The notes under the pieces were generated by a model. That model made no database searches. It saw nothing but the letters and a program-made list of their open reading frames with translations, and was not told the DNA's origin. A DNA stretch of 64,000 bases from Chloroflexota bacterium (lineage in GTDB: Bacteria; Chloroflexota; Dehalococcoidia; Dehalococcoidales; JBDRCY01), in contig JBDRCY010000026.1 in NCBI GenBank assembly GCA_043821265.1, positions 2,813 through 66,812 on the forward strand, in the 5' to 3' direction. The translations under genes and the position numbers were made by a program. Below are positions 19,127 to 29,285 of this stretch, piece by piece. Within the stretch, counting starts at the first letter, position 1. Every line of letters begins with the position of its first letter.

Positions 19127-20076
19127 TGCCGGACAAGAGGTTGGCCCTGGCACCGGCCCCGCATCTCTGGCGGGGGCTATCGGTAAGCAAGATAATGTAT
19201 ATCGTGACGATTGCCCTCCTGTTGCCCACGGGGGCCGGGATTTACTTCTTCGGTTATCGAGCTTTGCTGGTGGTAGTGGTAAGCGTGGCGGTGTCGCTGC
19301 TGACCGAATATCTGGTTAAGAAACTAAGGGGTAAGGCCTTTGTGATGGACGGGAGCGCCGTGCTCACCGGTCTCCTTCTGGCCTTGACCCTACCGCCGAC
19401 GATACCGCTATGGATGGTGGCGGTGGGGGCTATCTTTTCCATCGCTATTGTCAAAGAGGCCTTTGGTGGACTGGGGCACAATATATTCAACCCGGCACTG
19501 GGGGGGCGGGCCTTTCTGGCCGCCTCTTTCTCGGTGAGAATGACGACATGGGTAGCACCGTCGGGCTTTGCTGCCGATGCGGTAACCACAGCTACCCCCT
19601 TAAACAGTAATTTTGTCTGGGCTGCGGATAAACTATCCCTGTATAAAGAATTATTACTGGGGAATGTTGGCGGGTCGATAGGCGAAACATCGGCCCTGCT
19701 TATACTTTTGGGTGGAATTGCGCTATTGGTTCTCGGCATAATAAGGTGGCATATTCCAGTGGCCTATATCGGCACGGTGGCAGTGCTTACCCTGGCCCTG
19801 GGGCAGGACGCTGTAATTCATGTTCTCGCCGGTGGCCTTATGCTGGGGGCCTTCTTTATGGCGACGGACTATGTCACCTCGCCCATCACGGGAAAGGGGC
19901 GGATAATATTCGGTGTTGGGGCCGGCCTATTAACAGTGGCCATAAGGCGCTTTGGTGGTCTGCCGGAGGGCGTTTGCTACTCCATCCTCTTCATGAATGC
20001 CATCACCCCGCTTATTGACCGCTATATCAAGGTAAAGCCTTATGGTCTGGTAAAGAAGGAGAAAGGTGAAGGTTAG
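19123..20076 (+). CDS. rnfD: Rnf complex subunit D
   Basis: 317-aa polytopic membrane protein. FMN-attachment-type ADAVTTATPL. ATGA overlap with the rnfC stop. Confidence 0.92.
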   Translation: MMPDKRLALAPAPHLWRGLSVSKIMYIVTIALLLPTGAGIYFFGYRALLVVVVSVAVSLLTEYLVKKLRGKAFVMDGSAVLTGLLLALTLPPTIPLWMVAVGAIFSIAIVKEAFGGLGHNIFNPALGGRAFLAASFSVRMTTWVAPSGFAADAVTTATPLNSNFVWAADKLSLYKELLLGNVGGSIGETSALLILLGGIALLVLGIIRWHIPVAYIGTVAVLTLALGQDAVIHVLAGGLMLGAFFMATDYVTSPITGKGRIIFGVGAGLLTVAIRRFGGLPEGVCYSILFMNAITPLIDRYIKVKPYGLVKKEKGEG

Positions 20077-20602
20077 CACGAACAGGGGGATTTTCCCCAT
20101 AATCTTCATTACCGTAGTTGTCCTCATCGCGGTAGTTCTGCTTGCCTGGACGGATGGTTGCACCCGGGATAGAATTGCGGCCCAGGAGGAGGCGAAGTTA
20201 AACAGGATGCTCACGGAAATGTTCCCCGACATGAGTGAGTACACCATTGAGGGTGATATATATACCATATACTCCGATGGGGCCGGTATCGGCTACGCCT
20301 TTCTGGCGGTGGGTAAGGGATATGGTGGGGATATCGATATCCTGGTCGGGCTGGAGGATGAAACGACCATCAAAGGGGTAACTATAGTTACCCAGACCGA
20401 GACACCCGGTCTGGGTGATAGGGTGGCCGGTAGCTCTTTTACCGACCAGTTCTCCGGATTAAACTTTGGTGATGTGGCGCTCAGGCGGGACGGTGGGCAG
20501 ATAGATGCTATAACCGGGTCGACCATAAGCTCTAGCGCGGTGGTTGAGGCGGTCAAGATGGCAGGGCTAGAGAAGGTTAAATCTCTGAAGGGTAGTAATT
20601 AG
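20066..20602 (+). CDS. rnfG: Rnf complex subunit G
   Basis: 178 aa. Single N-terminal TM helix, FMN-binding motif AITGSTISS. Confidence 0.9.
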   Translation: MKVSTNRGIFPIIFITVVVLIAVVLLAWTDGCTRDRIAAQEEAKLNRMLTEMFPDMSEYTIEGDIYTIYSDGAGIGYAFLAVGKGYGGDIDILVGLEDETTIKGVTIVTQTETPGLGDRVAGSSFTDQFSGLNFGDVALRRDGGQIDAITGSTISSSAVVEAVKMAGLEKVKSLKGSN

Positions 20603-20604
20603 CT

Positions 20605-21219
20605 ATGGCTAGATTCGTAAAGGAGTTGGTCAAGGGGATAATCATCAGCAACCCCCTCTTTGTCCTGGCCCTGGGTTTCTGCCCGGCGCTGGCGGTCAGC
20701 ACCTCGATTGACAACGCCATAGGTATGAGCGTGGGCGTGCTCTTCGTGCTGCTCGGCTCGAACCTGATAATATCCCTCATCAGGAAGGGCGTACCCAATA
20801 TTGTGCGCATACCGGTATTTATCGTGGTAATTGCCACCTTCGTTACCCTGGTCAACCTGATATTCCACGCCTATGTTCCTGCTCTATATGAGTCGCTGGG
20901 TATATATCTGCCGTTGATTGTGGTCAACTGCATCATACTGGGTCGGGCGGAGGCCTTTGCCTCCAAGAACCCGGTGTTCGCCTCTATCGCCGATGCCATA
21001 GGTGCCAGCATTGGTTTCTTCCTGGCCCTGCTTATTATTTCCTTCCTCAGGGAGGTCCTGGGCACCGGTAGCCTGTCGCTATTCGGTACCCATCTTTTTA
21101 CACTACCCGTACTGGGAGAGGACCCCATGATTATGTTCATACTTCCCCCGGGAGCCTTCCTGGTCATGGCGCTGCTCCTGGCCCTGTTTAGGAGAACGGG
21201 GGTGATGAAGGGTGAGTAA
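20605..21219 (+). CDS. rnfE: Rnf complex subunit E
   Basis: 204 aa, six-helix RnfE/NqrD-like membrane protein. LGFCPALAV, VVNCIILGRAEAFA. Confidence 0.9.
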   Translation: MARFVKELVKGIIISNPLFVLALGFCPALAVSTSIDNAIGMSVGVLFVLLGSNLIISLIRKGVPNIVRIPVFIVVIATFVTLVNLIFHAYVPALYESLGIYLPLIVVNCIILGRAEAFASKNPVFASIADAIGASIGFFLALLIISFLREVLGTGSLSLFGTHLFTLPVLGEDPMIMFILPPGAFLVMALLLALFRRTGVMKGE

Positions 21220-21787
21220 TCTTATCGCCATATTCATCAGCATGGCTATCATCAATAACTTCATCGTGGCCCGGTTCCTGGGTCTGTGCCCCTTCTTCGG
21301 CGTCTCCAAGAAGCTTCAAGAGGCCATGAGCATGGGGTTTGCCGTTATACTGGTAATGCTTATTGCCTCGGTGGTTACCTGGATTATCACCAACTATGTC
21401 CTTATCCCCTTCGACGCTCAGTATATGGATATCATCATGTATATACTGGTAATAGCCTCGCTGGTGCAGATGATAGAGCTGTTCATCAAGCGGACTAATC
21501 TCACCCTCTATAACGCGCTGGGAATCTATCTACCGCTCATCACCACCAACTGTGCGGTGCTGGGAATTACCCTGATAAATGCCAAGGAAAGCTATACTCT
21601 CTTGGAGAGCACGGTTGCGGCCCTGGGCGGCGGTATGGGTTTTCTCCTGATTTTAATTATTATGTCCGGCATACGGGAGAAGCTGGAGATTGCCGACCTG
21701 CCCCGTTCGATGAAGGGGTTGCCCATAGCCATGCTGGTAGGCATGATGCTGGGCCTGACATTCTTTGGATTTGGGGGGATGGTATAG
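21212..21787 (+). CDS. rnfA: Rnf complex subunit A
   Basis: 191 aa, RnfA/NqrE-like. LGLCPFFGVS, ITTNCAVLG. Confidence 0.9.
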   Translation: MSNLIAIFISMAIINNFIVARFLGLCPFFGVSKKLQEAMSMGFAVILVMLIASVVTWIITNYVLIPFDAQYMDIIMYILVIASLVQMIELFIKRTNLTLYNALGIYLPLITTNCAVLGITLINAKESYTLLESTVAALGGGMGFLLILIIMSGIREKLEIADLPRSMKGLPIAMLVGMMLGLTFFGFGGMV

Positions 21788-22655
21788 GGTGTCGCTAGTT
21801 ATTATACTCATACTGACGGCTATAGCCCTTGTCTTCGGGCTGGCAATCTATTTCGTAAATCGCTATGTGCCCCATAAGGTGAAGGGTATTGAGAAGACGG
21901 AGGAGATTGCTGCTATACTGCCGGGGATGAACTGTGGTGCCTGTGGCCGTCCCGGCTGTTTTGCCTATGCCCAGGCGCTGACGGCGGAGCCGGAATTACT
22001 GGCTGAGGGTGACTGCGCTGTTGCCCTCCAGGCGACTGAGACGGTAGAGAAGCTGCAGGCGGCGCTGGGGGTGACCCTGGATGCCGCCGCCATGAGAAAG
22101 AGGGCCCTTGTCCATTGTAATGGTAACTCGGAGGCCATCCGCGATTACTCCGGGGTCGAGACATGTAAGGGGGCAACCCAGCTTTCCCGGGGCTATAAAA
22201 AGTGTCCCTTTGCCTGCCTGGGCTTGAGGGACTGTCTGGTGGTATGCCCTGAGGATGCCATATCGCTACGGCCTGAGAGTGGGGTGGCGGTGGTGGACCC
22301 ACAGAAATGCACCGGGTGTGGCCTCTGTATCGCCGAGTGTCCGATGAACCTCATCGAGCTGGTGCCGGAGGGGACCAAGGTAGCTTTCCTCTGTAATTAT
22401 GGGCCCTTAAGGGATATCCCGGGGCGGGAGAAGTGCGACTTTGGTTGTACTCATTGCCGCAAGTGCTTTAAGGCCTGTGAGGTTGAGGCCATCGAATGGA
22501 ATAAGGAAAGGGGTATCCCCGAGTTCGATATTGAGAAATGCACCCTCTGTCTTAGTTGTATCGAAGCGTGTCCCAATAGCACACTGGCGGAGTTTACCGG
22601 TATTAAAACCTTTAAGCAAAAGGAGCCGGCCCCGGCCGGGGCGGCCGAAGAATAG
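21765..22655 (+). CDS. rnfB: Rnf complex subunit B, long poly-ferredoxin form
   Basis: N-terminal TM helix, MNCGACGRPGCFAYAQAL, then several CxxCxxCxxxCP motifs. The true start may be the in-frame GTG at 21789, just after the rnfA stop. Confidence 0.88.
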   Translation: MDLGGWYRVSLVIILILTAIALVFGLAIYFVNRYVPHKVKGIEKTEEIAAILPGMNCGACGRPGCFAYAQALTAEPELLAEGDCAVALQATETVEKLQAALGVTLDAAAMRKRALVHCNGNSEAIRDYSGVETCKGATQLSRGYKKCPFACLGLRDCLVVCPEDAISLRPESGVAVVDPQKCTGCGLCIAECPMNLIELVPEGTKVAFLCNYGPLRDIPGREKCDFGCTHCRKCFKACEVEAIEWNKERGIPEFDIEKCTLCLSCIEACPNSTLAEFTGIKTFKQKEPAPAGAAEE

Positions 22656-22684
22656 AGAAACAGAGCAGCAGTTAGAAGTGAGAT

Positions 22685-22715
22685 GCCGGGGGCTTTGAGT
22701 CTCCGGCCTTTTTTT
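22685..22715 (+). terminator. Intrinsic terminator after rnfB
   Basis: GCCGGGGGC-TTTGA-GTCTCCGGC (9-bp stem with two G-U pairs), then C and a run of 7 T. Confidence 0.7.
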
Positions 22716-22723
22716 ATCTCGTT

Positions 22724-23650
22724 CTAGCCGAGGCAGGTATTAAGCCTCTCCTGGAACTCCCGGGGGCTGAAGCGGTATTCTTGGGTACCATAGCCCTCGA
22801 TGGCGAAGGAGGCGCATACGCTGCCCATCAGGGCGCACCGGGTGATATCCTGGCCCTGTACCAGGCCGCTGATTAGTCCCCCCCGGTAGGCGTCGCCGGC
22901 GCCGGTGGGGTCCACTACCTTCCCGGCCTTGACGGCGGGGATATTAACCTCGCCGTCCGCTGTGTGGATGCGGGAGCCCGCTTCCCCCAGCGTGGTAATG
23001 ATGGTCTTGCTTCGTTTCAGCAGTTCATTTCTGTCCCGGCCGGTCTTGGCCATTATCAGCTCCAGTTCGTAGTCGTTGGAGACCAGTATCCGGGAACCGT
23101 CAATACAGCGGATGAGGCCGTCTCCCTCCCACATGGGCAGGGACTGCCCGGGGTCAAAGATGTAGTCGATGCCCCTGGCCTTAAAAGCCTGCGAGTAGCT
23201 GGCCATGTCCTGGAGGTTGCCGGGGGCAATGATAGCCAGGCAATCCTGGGGGTTGAATGCGTCCGGGTTGAGGGCGGAGGGGTATTTCATGGCCCCGGGG
23301 TTAAAGCCGGTAATCTGGTTATCGGCCTGGTCGGTGGTGATATAGGCGCTGGCGGTAAAGTCCTCTTCGATTATTTTAATGCTATCGGTGCTAATACCGT
23401 TTTCCGCCAGCCAGTCGAAGTATCGGTGGTAATCACGGCCAATGGTGGCCATGATTATAGACTTTTCGCCCAGCAGGGAGAGGGCATAGGCGATATTACC
23501 GGCGGTGCCGCCGAATTTCTCTACCATGCCGTTAACGGTGAAGCTGACGTTCAGGACGTGGAGCTTATCGGGCAGGATGTGGTCGCAGAAATGTCCCGGA
23601 AAGTCCATTATCCGGTCATAAGCCAGGGAGCCGGAAACAATAATGCTCAT
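22724..23650 (-). CDS. PfkB-family carbohydrate/nucleoside kinase
   Basis: MSIIVSGSLAYDRIM start preferred over the longer ORF to 23713. GGTAGNIA, DPTGAGDAYRGG. Confidence 0.8.
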   Translation of the reverse strand: MSIIVSGSLAYDRIMDFPGHFCDHILPDKLHVLNVSFTVNGMVEKFGGTAGNIAYALSLLGEKSIIMATIGRDYHRYFDWLAENGISTDSIKIIEEDFTASAYITTDQADNQITGFNPGAMKYPSALNPDAFNPQDCLAIIAPGNLQDMASYSQAFKARGIDYIFDPGQSLPMWEGDGLIRCIDGSRILVSNDYELELIMAKTGRDRNELLKRSKTIITTLGEAGSRIHTADGEVNIPAVKAGKVVDPTGAGDAYRGGLISGLVQGQDITRCALMGSVCASFAIEGYGTQEYRFSPREFQERLNTCLG

Positions 23651-23805
23651 AGATTCGTCTTCAGAGTACACTCCCGCTTCGGTACTGTCAAGGCTATTAC
23701 TTATTGGTATCACCGGGCTTTTAGTGATATAATCTTCTTTGAAGATATACTAATAGGACAGTATAGATAGGGTTGCAGTCAGTAATAAAGGAGGTTTCTA
23801 CTAGG

Positions 23806-25437
23806 ATGAATCTGGAAAATGTCAACCCAATACCGCCGGTGTCAGTACCGGCAAAGTGGGACTATGAGGCCGATGTAGTGGTTATGGGGGGTGGCGGCAG
23901 TGGCCTGGCCGCGGCCTGGGGAGCAGTGGAGCAGGGGGCAGGGGTGGTGGTGCTTGAGAAGGCCGACGATGTGGGCGGAGAATCGGCGATGGCCATGAAT
24001 GCGGTGGCCTATGGCAGCAAGATGTGGCAAAAGACATTGAACAAGACCTGGACGGAAGAGGACTTGTATCAGCATGTTCAGGAGTTGCCCAAGGCGGGCA
24101 TGGCCCTTCTGGCCGACCCGCGCCTGCTCAAGAACAATCTGGTCTGGGCCGCCTATCTGGTGGATAAGCTGGAGGAAATGGGCATTAAATGGTATGCTAT
24201 CGACCCCAGCTATCGTTATCTCGGTATCCTGCAGCTGGCACCTGTTGCTACTGACCAGGGCGAGTATAACTTTGAGTACCCCTTCGAGTTTAAGTTTGGT
24301 GCCGTTACCCGAGTCATGGAGCGGTGGCTGCGCAAACAGGGGGTACAGATACTACTGGGGGCACCGGCCAGCGCCCTGGTTGCGGATGGTAATGGCAGGG
24401 TAGTTGGTGTCCAGGCGAGGACGAAAGATGGTGCTATCCATGTAAAGGCAAATGGTGGTGTGGTTGATGCCACCGGAGGATTTGCCTTTAACCGCGATAT
24501 GCTGGAGCACTATAAGAGCCCGGGCTTTTACGCTGGTTGCAGTACGGCTCCGGCCACCAAGACCGGGGATGGTATTCGCATATGTCAGGGAGCGGGGGCG
24601 ATGGTTGGTGATATGACCAGTGTACATGGCGCCGAGGGGGGCATAACCTGCCTCGGGCGTGGCACCGGTAACAAGGACTGGGGGCAGAACCTGTACGATA
24701 CGCCGATACAGCTGGCACGGCAGCCGGGCCTCTTCGTGAATAGGTATGGCCTGAGGTTTGTCAACGAATATATGACTGCGCAGGGTGCCTATGAACTCAT
24801 TATGGACCAGCCGGACCATGTTATTTACAGCATCTTCGATTCGGATTTGGAGGGTGCTATTAAGGCCTTCGATGCTACTACCTGTAAGAAGCTGGTAACG
24901 GCTGACTTCGGCGTCTATTACAATGACGATGACATACGCCGGGCCGGTGATAACCCGCCATATACCCCTTACTACGCGCCGGGTAAGGCACCCTCTTTCT
25001 GTGACTGGCATGATGGTCTCAAGCGGGGCATAGAGGGTGGGGTTATCAAGGTGGCCGATACTATCGAGGAACTGGCTGGCATCTATGGTATAGACCCGGA
25101 GCGGCTTAAGCAGACGATTAGTGAATATAATGCCGGCTATGACCAGGGGAAGGATGACCCTATGTTCGGGAAGGACCCCGGCAGCCTTCGCCCCATAAAA
25201 AGGCCCCCCTTCTATGCCATCGAGCACGGGCCCCGGTTGCTGGATACCTCTGGTGGTGTGGTGGTGAACGAGAAGGGACAGGCGGTAAACAGTGATGGTG
25301 ACCCCATTCCCGGTCTCTATGCCGGTTCGGTTTCTCTCTGCGGCACCGGCGGGCGTGGTGGGGCCATAGGGGTGGTCGGTGGTATGTCCTTCGGCTATGT
25401 GGCGGGTATGCATGCTGCCCAGGAAGTACGAGCTTAG
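23806..25437 (+). CDS. FAD-dependent oxidoreductase (fumarate reductase / KstD-like flavoprotein, FAD_binding_2 type)
   Basis: DVVVMGGGGSGLAAAWGA, C-terminal PIPGLYAGS. ATG at 23806 follows AAGGAGG. The ORF track start at 23773 is a TTG. Confidence 0.8.
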   Translation: MNLENVNPIPPVSVPAKWDYEADVVVMGGGGSGLAAAWGAVEQGAGVVVLEKADDVGGESAMAMNAVAYGSKMWQKTLNKTWTEEDLYQHVQELPKAGMALLADPRLLKNNLVWAAYLVDKLEEMGIKWYAIDPSYRYLGILQLAPVATDQGEYNFEYPFEFKFGAVTRVMERWLRKQGVQILLGAPASALVADGNGRVVGVQARTKDGAIHVKANGGVVDATGGFAFNRDMLEHYKSPGFYAGCSTAPATKTGDGIRICQGAGAMVGDMTSVHGAEGGITCLGRGTGNKDWGQNLYDTPIQLARQPGLFVNRYGLRFVNEYMTAQGAYELIMDQPDHVIYSIFDSDLEGAIKAFDATTCKKLVTADFGVYYNDDDIRRAGDNPPYTPYYAPGKAPSFCDWHDGLKRGIEGGVIKVADTIEELAGIYGIDPERLKQTISEYNAGYDQGKDDPMFGKDPGSLRPIKRPPFYAIEHGPRLLDTSGGVVVNEKGQAVNSDGDPIPGLYAGSVSLCGTGGRGGAIGVVGGMSFGYVAGMHAAQEVRA

Positions 25438-25676
25438 CCGGTCAAGGATGGTAGTAGTCTGATAGAAGAGGCCTGAAGTTGACGGTTAGAGCCGGGGAAG
25501 CCAGGTAGCGGGGATGTTGCGGGGAGTTTTAGATAGTACCCCCACGGCCGTGCCGATGCCAATACTGTTAATGTTCTGAAAGGGCTTGCCGGCGATAACC
25601 TCGTTGTCTCCTGTTTTGATTCTTTGGCCTTAATGTGTGGTCTTATTGAAGACCAGTAATAAGATGGAGGTCTAAA

Positions 25677-26678
25677 GTGAGAGTTAAAGCAAGGGAAGCT
25701 AAAGAGTGGGCTAAAGCGCTGAGGGGTGTTATCGATACCTTCCCGACTCCTTATACCGAAGGTGAGGAGATAGATGAGGAGAGGGTTAGAAAGCTCATCA
25801 GGTATAATTATGAGCTTATGAAGTCCGACGGGGTTCTGGCTATTGGCGGCGCTTCCGAGTTCTGGTTCCTGACTAAAGAGGAGAGAAAGAGATACTGCGA
25901 GGTGGTTGTCGATGAAGCGGAAAAAACCAGACCCGGCGCCCCGATAATCATCTGCACCCTGTGTACCTCGGCACGGGAGACCGTAGAGCTTACCCGGCAT
26001 GCCGCGGAGGCGGGCGCTTCCGCTGTCATGTTGCGTAATCCCCTTTTTGCCACCGATGAGCGTGGGGTCTACGAATTTTATCGTTATGTGGCTGATAATA
26101 GCGATATTGCCATTGTGCTCCAGAATGTAGCTGGCGCCGGCGGGGTTTTCTATATGAGTCCCGGCCTCATTGCCCAGATGGCCGAGGAAATGCCGGCTAT
26201 CTGTGCTATAAAGAACCTGGCCGGCGGGAGCCATTCCATCGCTTTGAAGAAACTGGCCGGTGATAATATGGCGGTCTCCTGTTTCGATTCCTATGCTCTC
26301 ATGAGCGGGGTTATCAGCCCGCTGGGCCTGGTGAATCCCATCCTGCTGGGGCGCCAGAGTATGCTTTTCCAGACACCGGAAAATCTTATTATGCGCCAGT
26401 TCTGTTACGCCTGCATAGAGGGGGACTTGGCCCAAGCCCGGGAGATATACTTTAACCAGTTAACTCATCTGACCAAGCTGTATTACCAGGAGGCTGTCAT
26501 CAGGCCGAACCCCGCCGGGGCGCTGGAGTATAATCAGGCGGTGGTAAAGTACTGGGCTACGTTGCTGGGGATACCGGTGGGTAAACCGGCAGCCCGGGCG
26601 CCGGTATCGCCGCCGACGGACGAAATAAAGGAAAAGGTCAGGGTCGGTCTCCTAAAGGCAGGGTTTATCAAGGGTTAA
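25677..26678 (+). CDS. Dihydrodipicolinate synthase / N-acetylneuraminate lyase family protein (divergent)
   Basis: 333 aa. Family-like GASEFWFLTKEERKRY, AGASAVMLRNP, and Schiff-base-lysine context ICAIKNLAG. Several consensus positions are changed. Confidence 0.65.
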   Translation: MRVKAREAKEWAKALRGVIDTFPTPYTEGEEIDEERVRKLIRYNYELMKSDGVLAIGGASEFWFLTKEERKRYCEVVVDEAEKTRPGAPIIICTLCTSARETVELTRHAAEAGASAVMLRNPLFATDERGVYEFYRYVADNSDIAIVLQNVAGAGGVFYMSPGLIAQMAEEMPAICAIKNLAGGSHSIALKKLAGDNMAVSCFDSYALMSGVISPLGLVNPILLGRQSMLFQTPENLIMRQFCYACIEGDLAQAREIYFNQLTHLTKLYYQEAVIRPNPAGALEYNQAVVKYWATLLGIPVGKPAARAPVSPPTDEIKEKVRVGLLKAGFIKG

Positions 26679-26704
26679 TTAGCAGGCTTTGGCTGGGGGG
26701 AGCA

Positions 26705-27251
26705 ATGGGCAGGAGAGATGTGTCGGTTGAGGTGGTCGAAAATGTGCAGAGAACCAGCTTTAAAGACCTGGTGGCAAATGATATCGAGGTAACCAAGAAG
26801 GATATACTGGATACCTTGGGCTGTGTAGTCTCCGGTTCCTCGCACCCTCCCTTTGGCCAGCTGGTAACTTATCTTAAGGGAAGGTCGAGATAGAGGATTT
26901 CACCCTGGAGGGTAAAGAGAAGATTAGGGACCTGGTGGTGCCGATGGCCCGGAAGGTGAAGGCGGTGCATGAGCCGGAGTTCGATTTTGAAAAAGTGCGG
27001 CGGATAGTGTGATACCGTCGGCGGTGGAGATAAGAACTAAGAGCTGGGGTGCCTATAAGAGGCGGGTGGACGATGTCAAAGGCAACCCGCAGAACCCGAT
27101 GAACTGGGAGGAGGTTAGCGCCAAGTTCCAGGACTATGCCCGCTTTGCCGCCAGGCCGTTACCACTGGAAAACATAGATGAGGTGATTAGGCTGGTGTAT
27201 AATCTGGAAGAGGTTGACGACGTCAGTCAGATAGCCGGGTTACTGGGCTAA
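26705..27251 (+). pseudogene. MmgE/PrpD-family gene remnant (internal deletion plus two frame changes)
   Basis: Three fragments in three frames. The N-terminal piece has SFKDLVANDIEVTKKDILDTLGCVVSGS. The middle piece (from 26893) has KIRDLVVPMARKVKAVHEPEFD. The C-terminal piece (from 27009) has VEIRTKSWGAY...VKGNPQNPMNWEEVSAKF. Total is about 180 codons; I recall family members as being about 450 aa. Confidence 0.6.
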
Positions 27252-27263
27252 TGGAGGGCATTT

Positions 27264-29183
27264 GTGACTAGACTAGAGCGACTGTTTGAACCGGGTAGAA
27301 TCGGCAATATGGAGCTTAAGAACCGCCTGGTCATGGCGGCCACCGCCAGTACCGGTGGTGATGAGGGTTATCCCAGTGAGCGGATGAAGCATTTCTACGT
27401 GGCCCGGGCCAGGGGTGGTGTGGGACTTATTATTTCCGGCGCACACTCCATCTCCCCGGAGACGGTGGTGGACAGGGCCGGCCTTAATGCCTATGACGAT
27501 AAGTTCATCCCGCATCTAAGCAAGCTGGTAGCAGCCATGCAGGACTGCGGGACGAAGGTGGCGGCGCAGCTGGTTCACCAGGGTCCGGCCCTGGCCTCTT
27601 TCTGGCATTCTAATTTTGCGGTGGGCCCGTCGCCGGTGGCCGTTTTCGCCCGGGAGGAGATGAACCCGGTGCCCCGGGAGGCCTCTAAGGAGGATATTAA
27701 ACGTATTATCGCTGACTTCAGCGAGGCAGCCCGCCGGGTTAAGGAGGCCGGCTACGATGCTATAGAGCTTAATGGGGCGGTATCTTATTTGCTCAGTGCC
27801 TTCGGCAGCCCCTTTACCAATAAGCGAACGGATGAGTACGGCGGCAGCCCCAAGAAGCGGGCGCGGTTTGCCTGTGAGGTTATCGCCGGGGTCAGGAAGA
27901 CGGTAGGCCCGGATTTTCCCATCATTTTGCTGATGGCGGGACGCGATTATGTTGGGGAGGGTGGGCTTACCATCGAGGAAGCATCCCGCCGGACGCCGCT
28001 CTTCGTTGAGGCCGGGGCCAGCGCCCTGCGCGTGCGCGAGGGTTTTTCCTATACCGGATATCCCCTCCTGGATATTCCCGGCTTCGCCATTCCGGCGGCA
28101 GCCGCGGTGAAGAAGGCGGTGGATGTGCCGGTGATGGTTGGCGGCACCATTGACCCCGTCATGGGAGAACAGGTCTTAGCGGAGGGTAAGTCCGACTTTA
28201 TTGCCATTTGCCGGGGGCTACTGGCTGACCCCGATTTACCCGGTAAAATCAGGGAAGACCGTTTTGACGAGGTGCGTCCCTGTATTGGCTTCGCCTGTTT
28301 CGAGTGTAGCACCCGGCGAGCCGGCGAGAAGTTTATTCACTGTGTGATCAACGCCGCCATGGGGCATGAAGCCGAGTTAGATTATGAAGCGGCGAAATCT
28401 CCCAAGCGGGTGATGGTGGTGGGTGGTGGAGTGGCCGGCATGGAGGCGGCCCGCGTCCTGGCCGAGCGCGGGCATCAGGTATCCCTCTATGAGAAGAGCG
28501 ATAGGCTCGGCGGACAGTGGAATGTGGCCGCTCTGGAGCCGGGTAAGGAGGGCTATAGCTCCTTTACCGATTACCTCTCCTTAAGTCTGGAGCGGCTCGG
28601 TGTCAGGGTGCTCTTGAACCAGGGTGTAATTCTGCAGGTGGTAAGGGAGGCTAACCCGGACGCTGTCGTGGTGGCTACTGGCGCTGAACCACTGATACCG
28701 GATATCCCCGGCATAAAGGGGAAGAACGTGGTGCTGGCCCGGGATGTTCTCATCGGTAAGGCCGCGGTCGGCGATACGGTATTGGTAATCGGGGCGCGGC
28801 TGATGGGGATAGAGGTGGCGTTATTCCTGGTGGAGGGGGGCAAGAAGGTCTCCTTGATTGACCAGTATGAAATAGCTCGGGACGTCTTGATAGGTAAGGT
28901 AGTGCCTAAAGTGCGCCGACTTGAAGAAACCGGGACTAGAATGTTATCATTTTCGCTGGTGGTTGCGGTTAAAGAGGGTGGGGTGGTAATCGATAGAGAG
29001 GGTAAGGCCGACTTCATCCCTGCCGAAACCGTGGTGCTGGCGGCGGGCATGAAGCCGGTAAACGGGCTGGTGGCGGAGCTTGAGGGGGTAGTCCCCGAGG
29101 TTTACTCCATTGGCGACTGTGTTGAGCCGCGCCAGGGGCTGGACGCTGTCTATGAGGCCTTGAGTACGGCCCGCCTGATTTAG
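27264..29183 (+). CDS. Second OYE-type FMN / 4Fe-4S / FAD oxidoreductase (paralog of 5818..7740)
   Basis: 639 aa, GTG start. LFEPGRIGNMELKNRLVMAA, NGAVSYLLSAFGSPFTNKRTDEYGG, CIGFACFEC...C, VMVVGGGVAGMEAA. Confidence 0.85.
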   Translation: MTRLERLFEPGRIGNMELKNRLVMAATASTGGDEGYPSERMKHFYVARARGGVGLIISGAHSISPETVVDRAGLNAYDDKFIPHLSKLVAAMQDCGTKVAAQLVHQGPALASFWHSNFAVGPSPVAVFAREEMNPVPREASKEDIKRIIADFSEAARRVKEAGYDAIELNGAVSYLLSAFGSPFTNKRTDEYGGSPKKRARFACEVIAGVRKTVGPDFPIILLMAGRDYVGEGGLTIEEASRRTPLFVEAGASALRVREGFSYTGYPLLDIPGFAIPAAAAVKKAVDVPVMVGGTIDPVMGEQVLAEGKSDFIAICRGLLADPDLPGKIREDRFDEVRPCIGFACFECSTRRAGEKFIHCVINAAMGHEAELDYEAAKSPKRVMVVGGGVAGMEAARVLAERGHQVSLYEKSDRLGGQWNVAALEPGKEGYSSFTDYLSLSLERLGVRVLLNQGVILQVVREANPDAVVVATGAEPLIPDIPGIKGKNVVLARDVLIGKAAVGDTVLVIGARLMGIEVALFLVEGGKKVSLIDQYEIARDVLIGKVVPKVRRLEETGTRMLSFSLVVAVKEGGVVIDREGKADFIPAETVVLAAGMKPVNGLVAELEGVVPEVYSIGDCVEPRQGLDAVYEALSTARLI

Positions 29184-29285
29184 ACGAAAATATTCGGCCG
29201 GGAAAATAGCCACGGTATTAGTTTACATAACATTGTTCCAGTCTGACGGAAATAAGGCTGGCGAAGTGAAAGGGGAGGTATTTTT

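Noticed and set aside
24352-25413. 353-codon minus-strand ORF
   Set aside because: It is antisense to the FAD_binding_2 flavoprotein gene, which has a clear dinucleotide-binding motif. The ORF has no domain signal of its own.
25434-26435. 333-codon minus-strand ORF
   Set aside because: It is entirely antisense to the DHDPS-family gene and the adjacent intergenic region. It has no recognisable motif and no Shine-Dalgarno. This is a typical shadow ORF in G+C-rich DNA.
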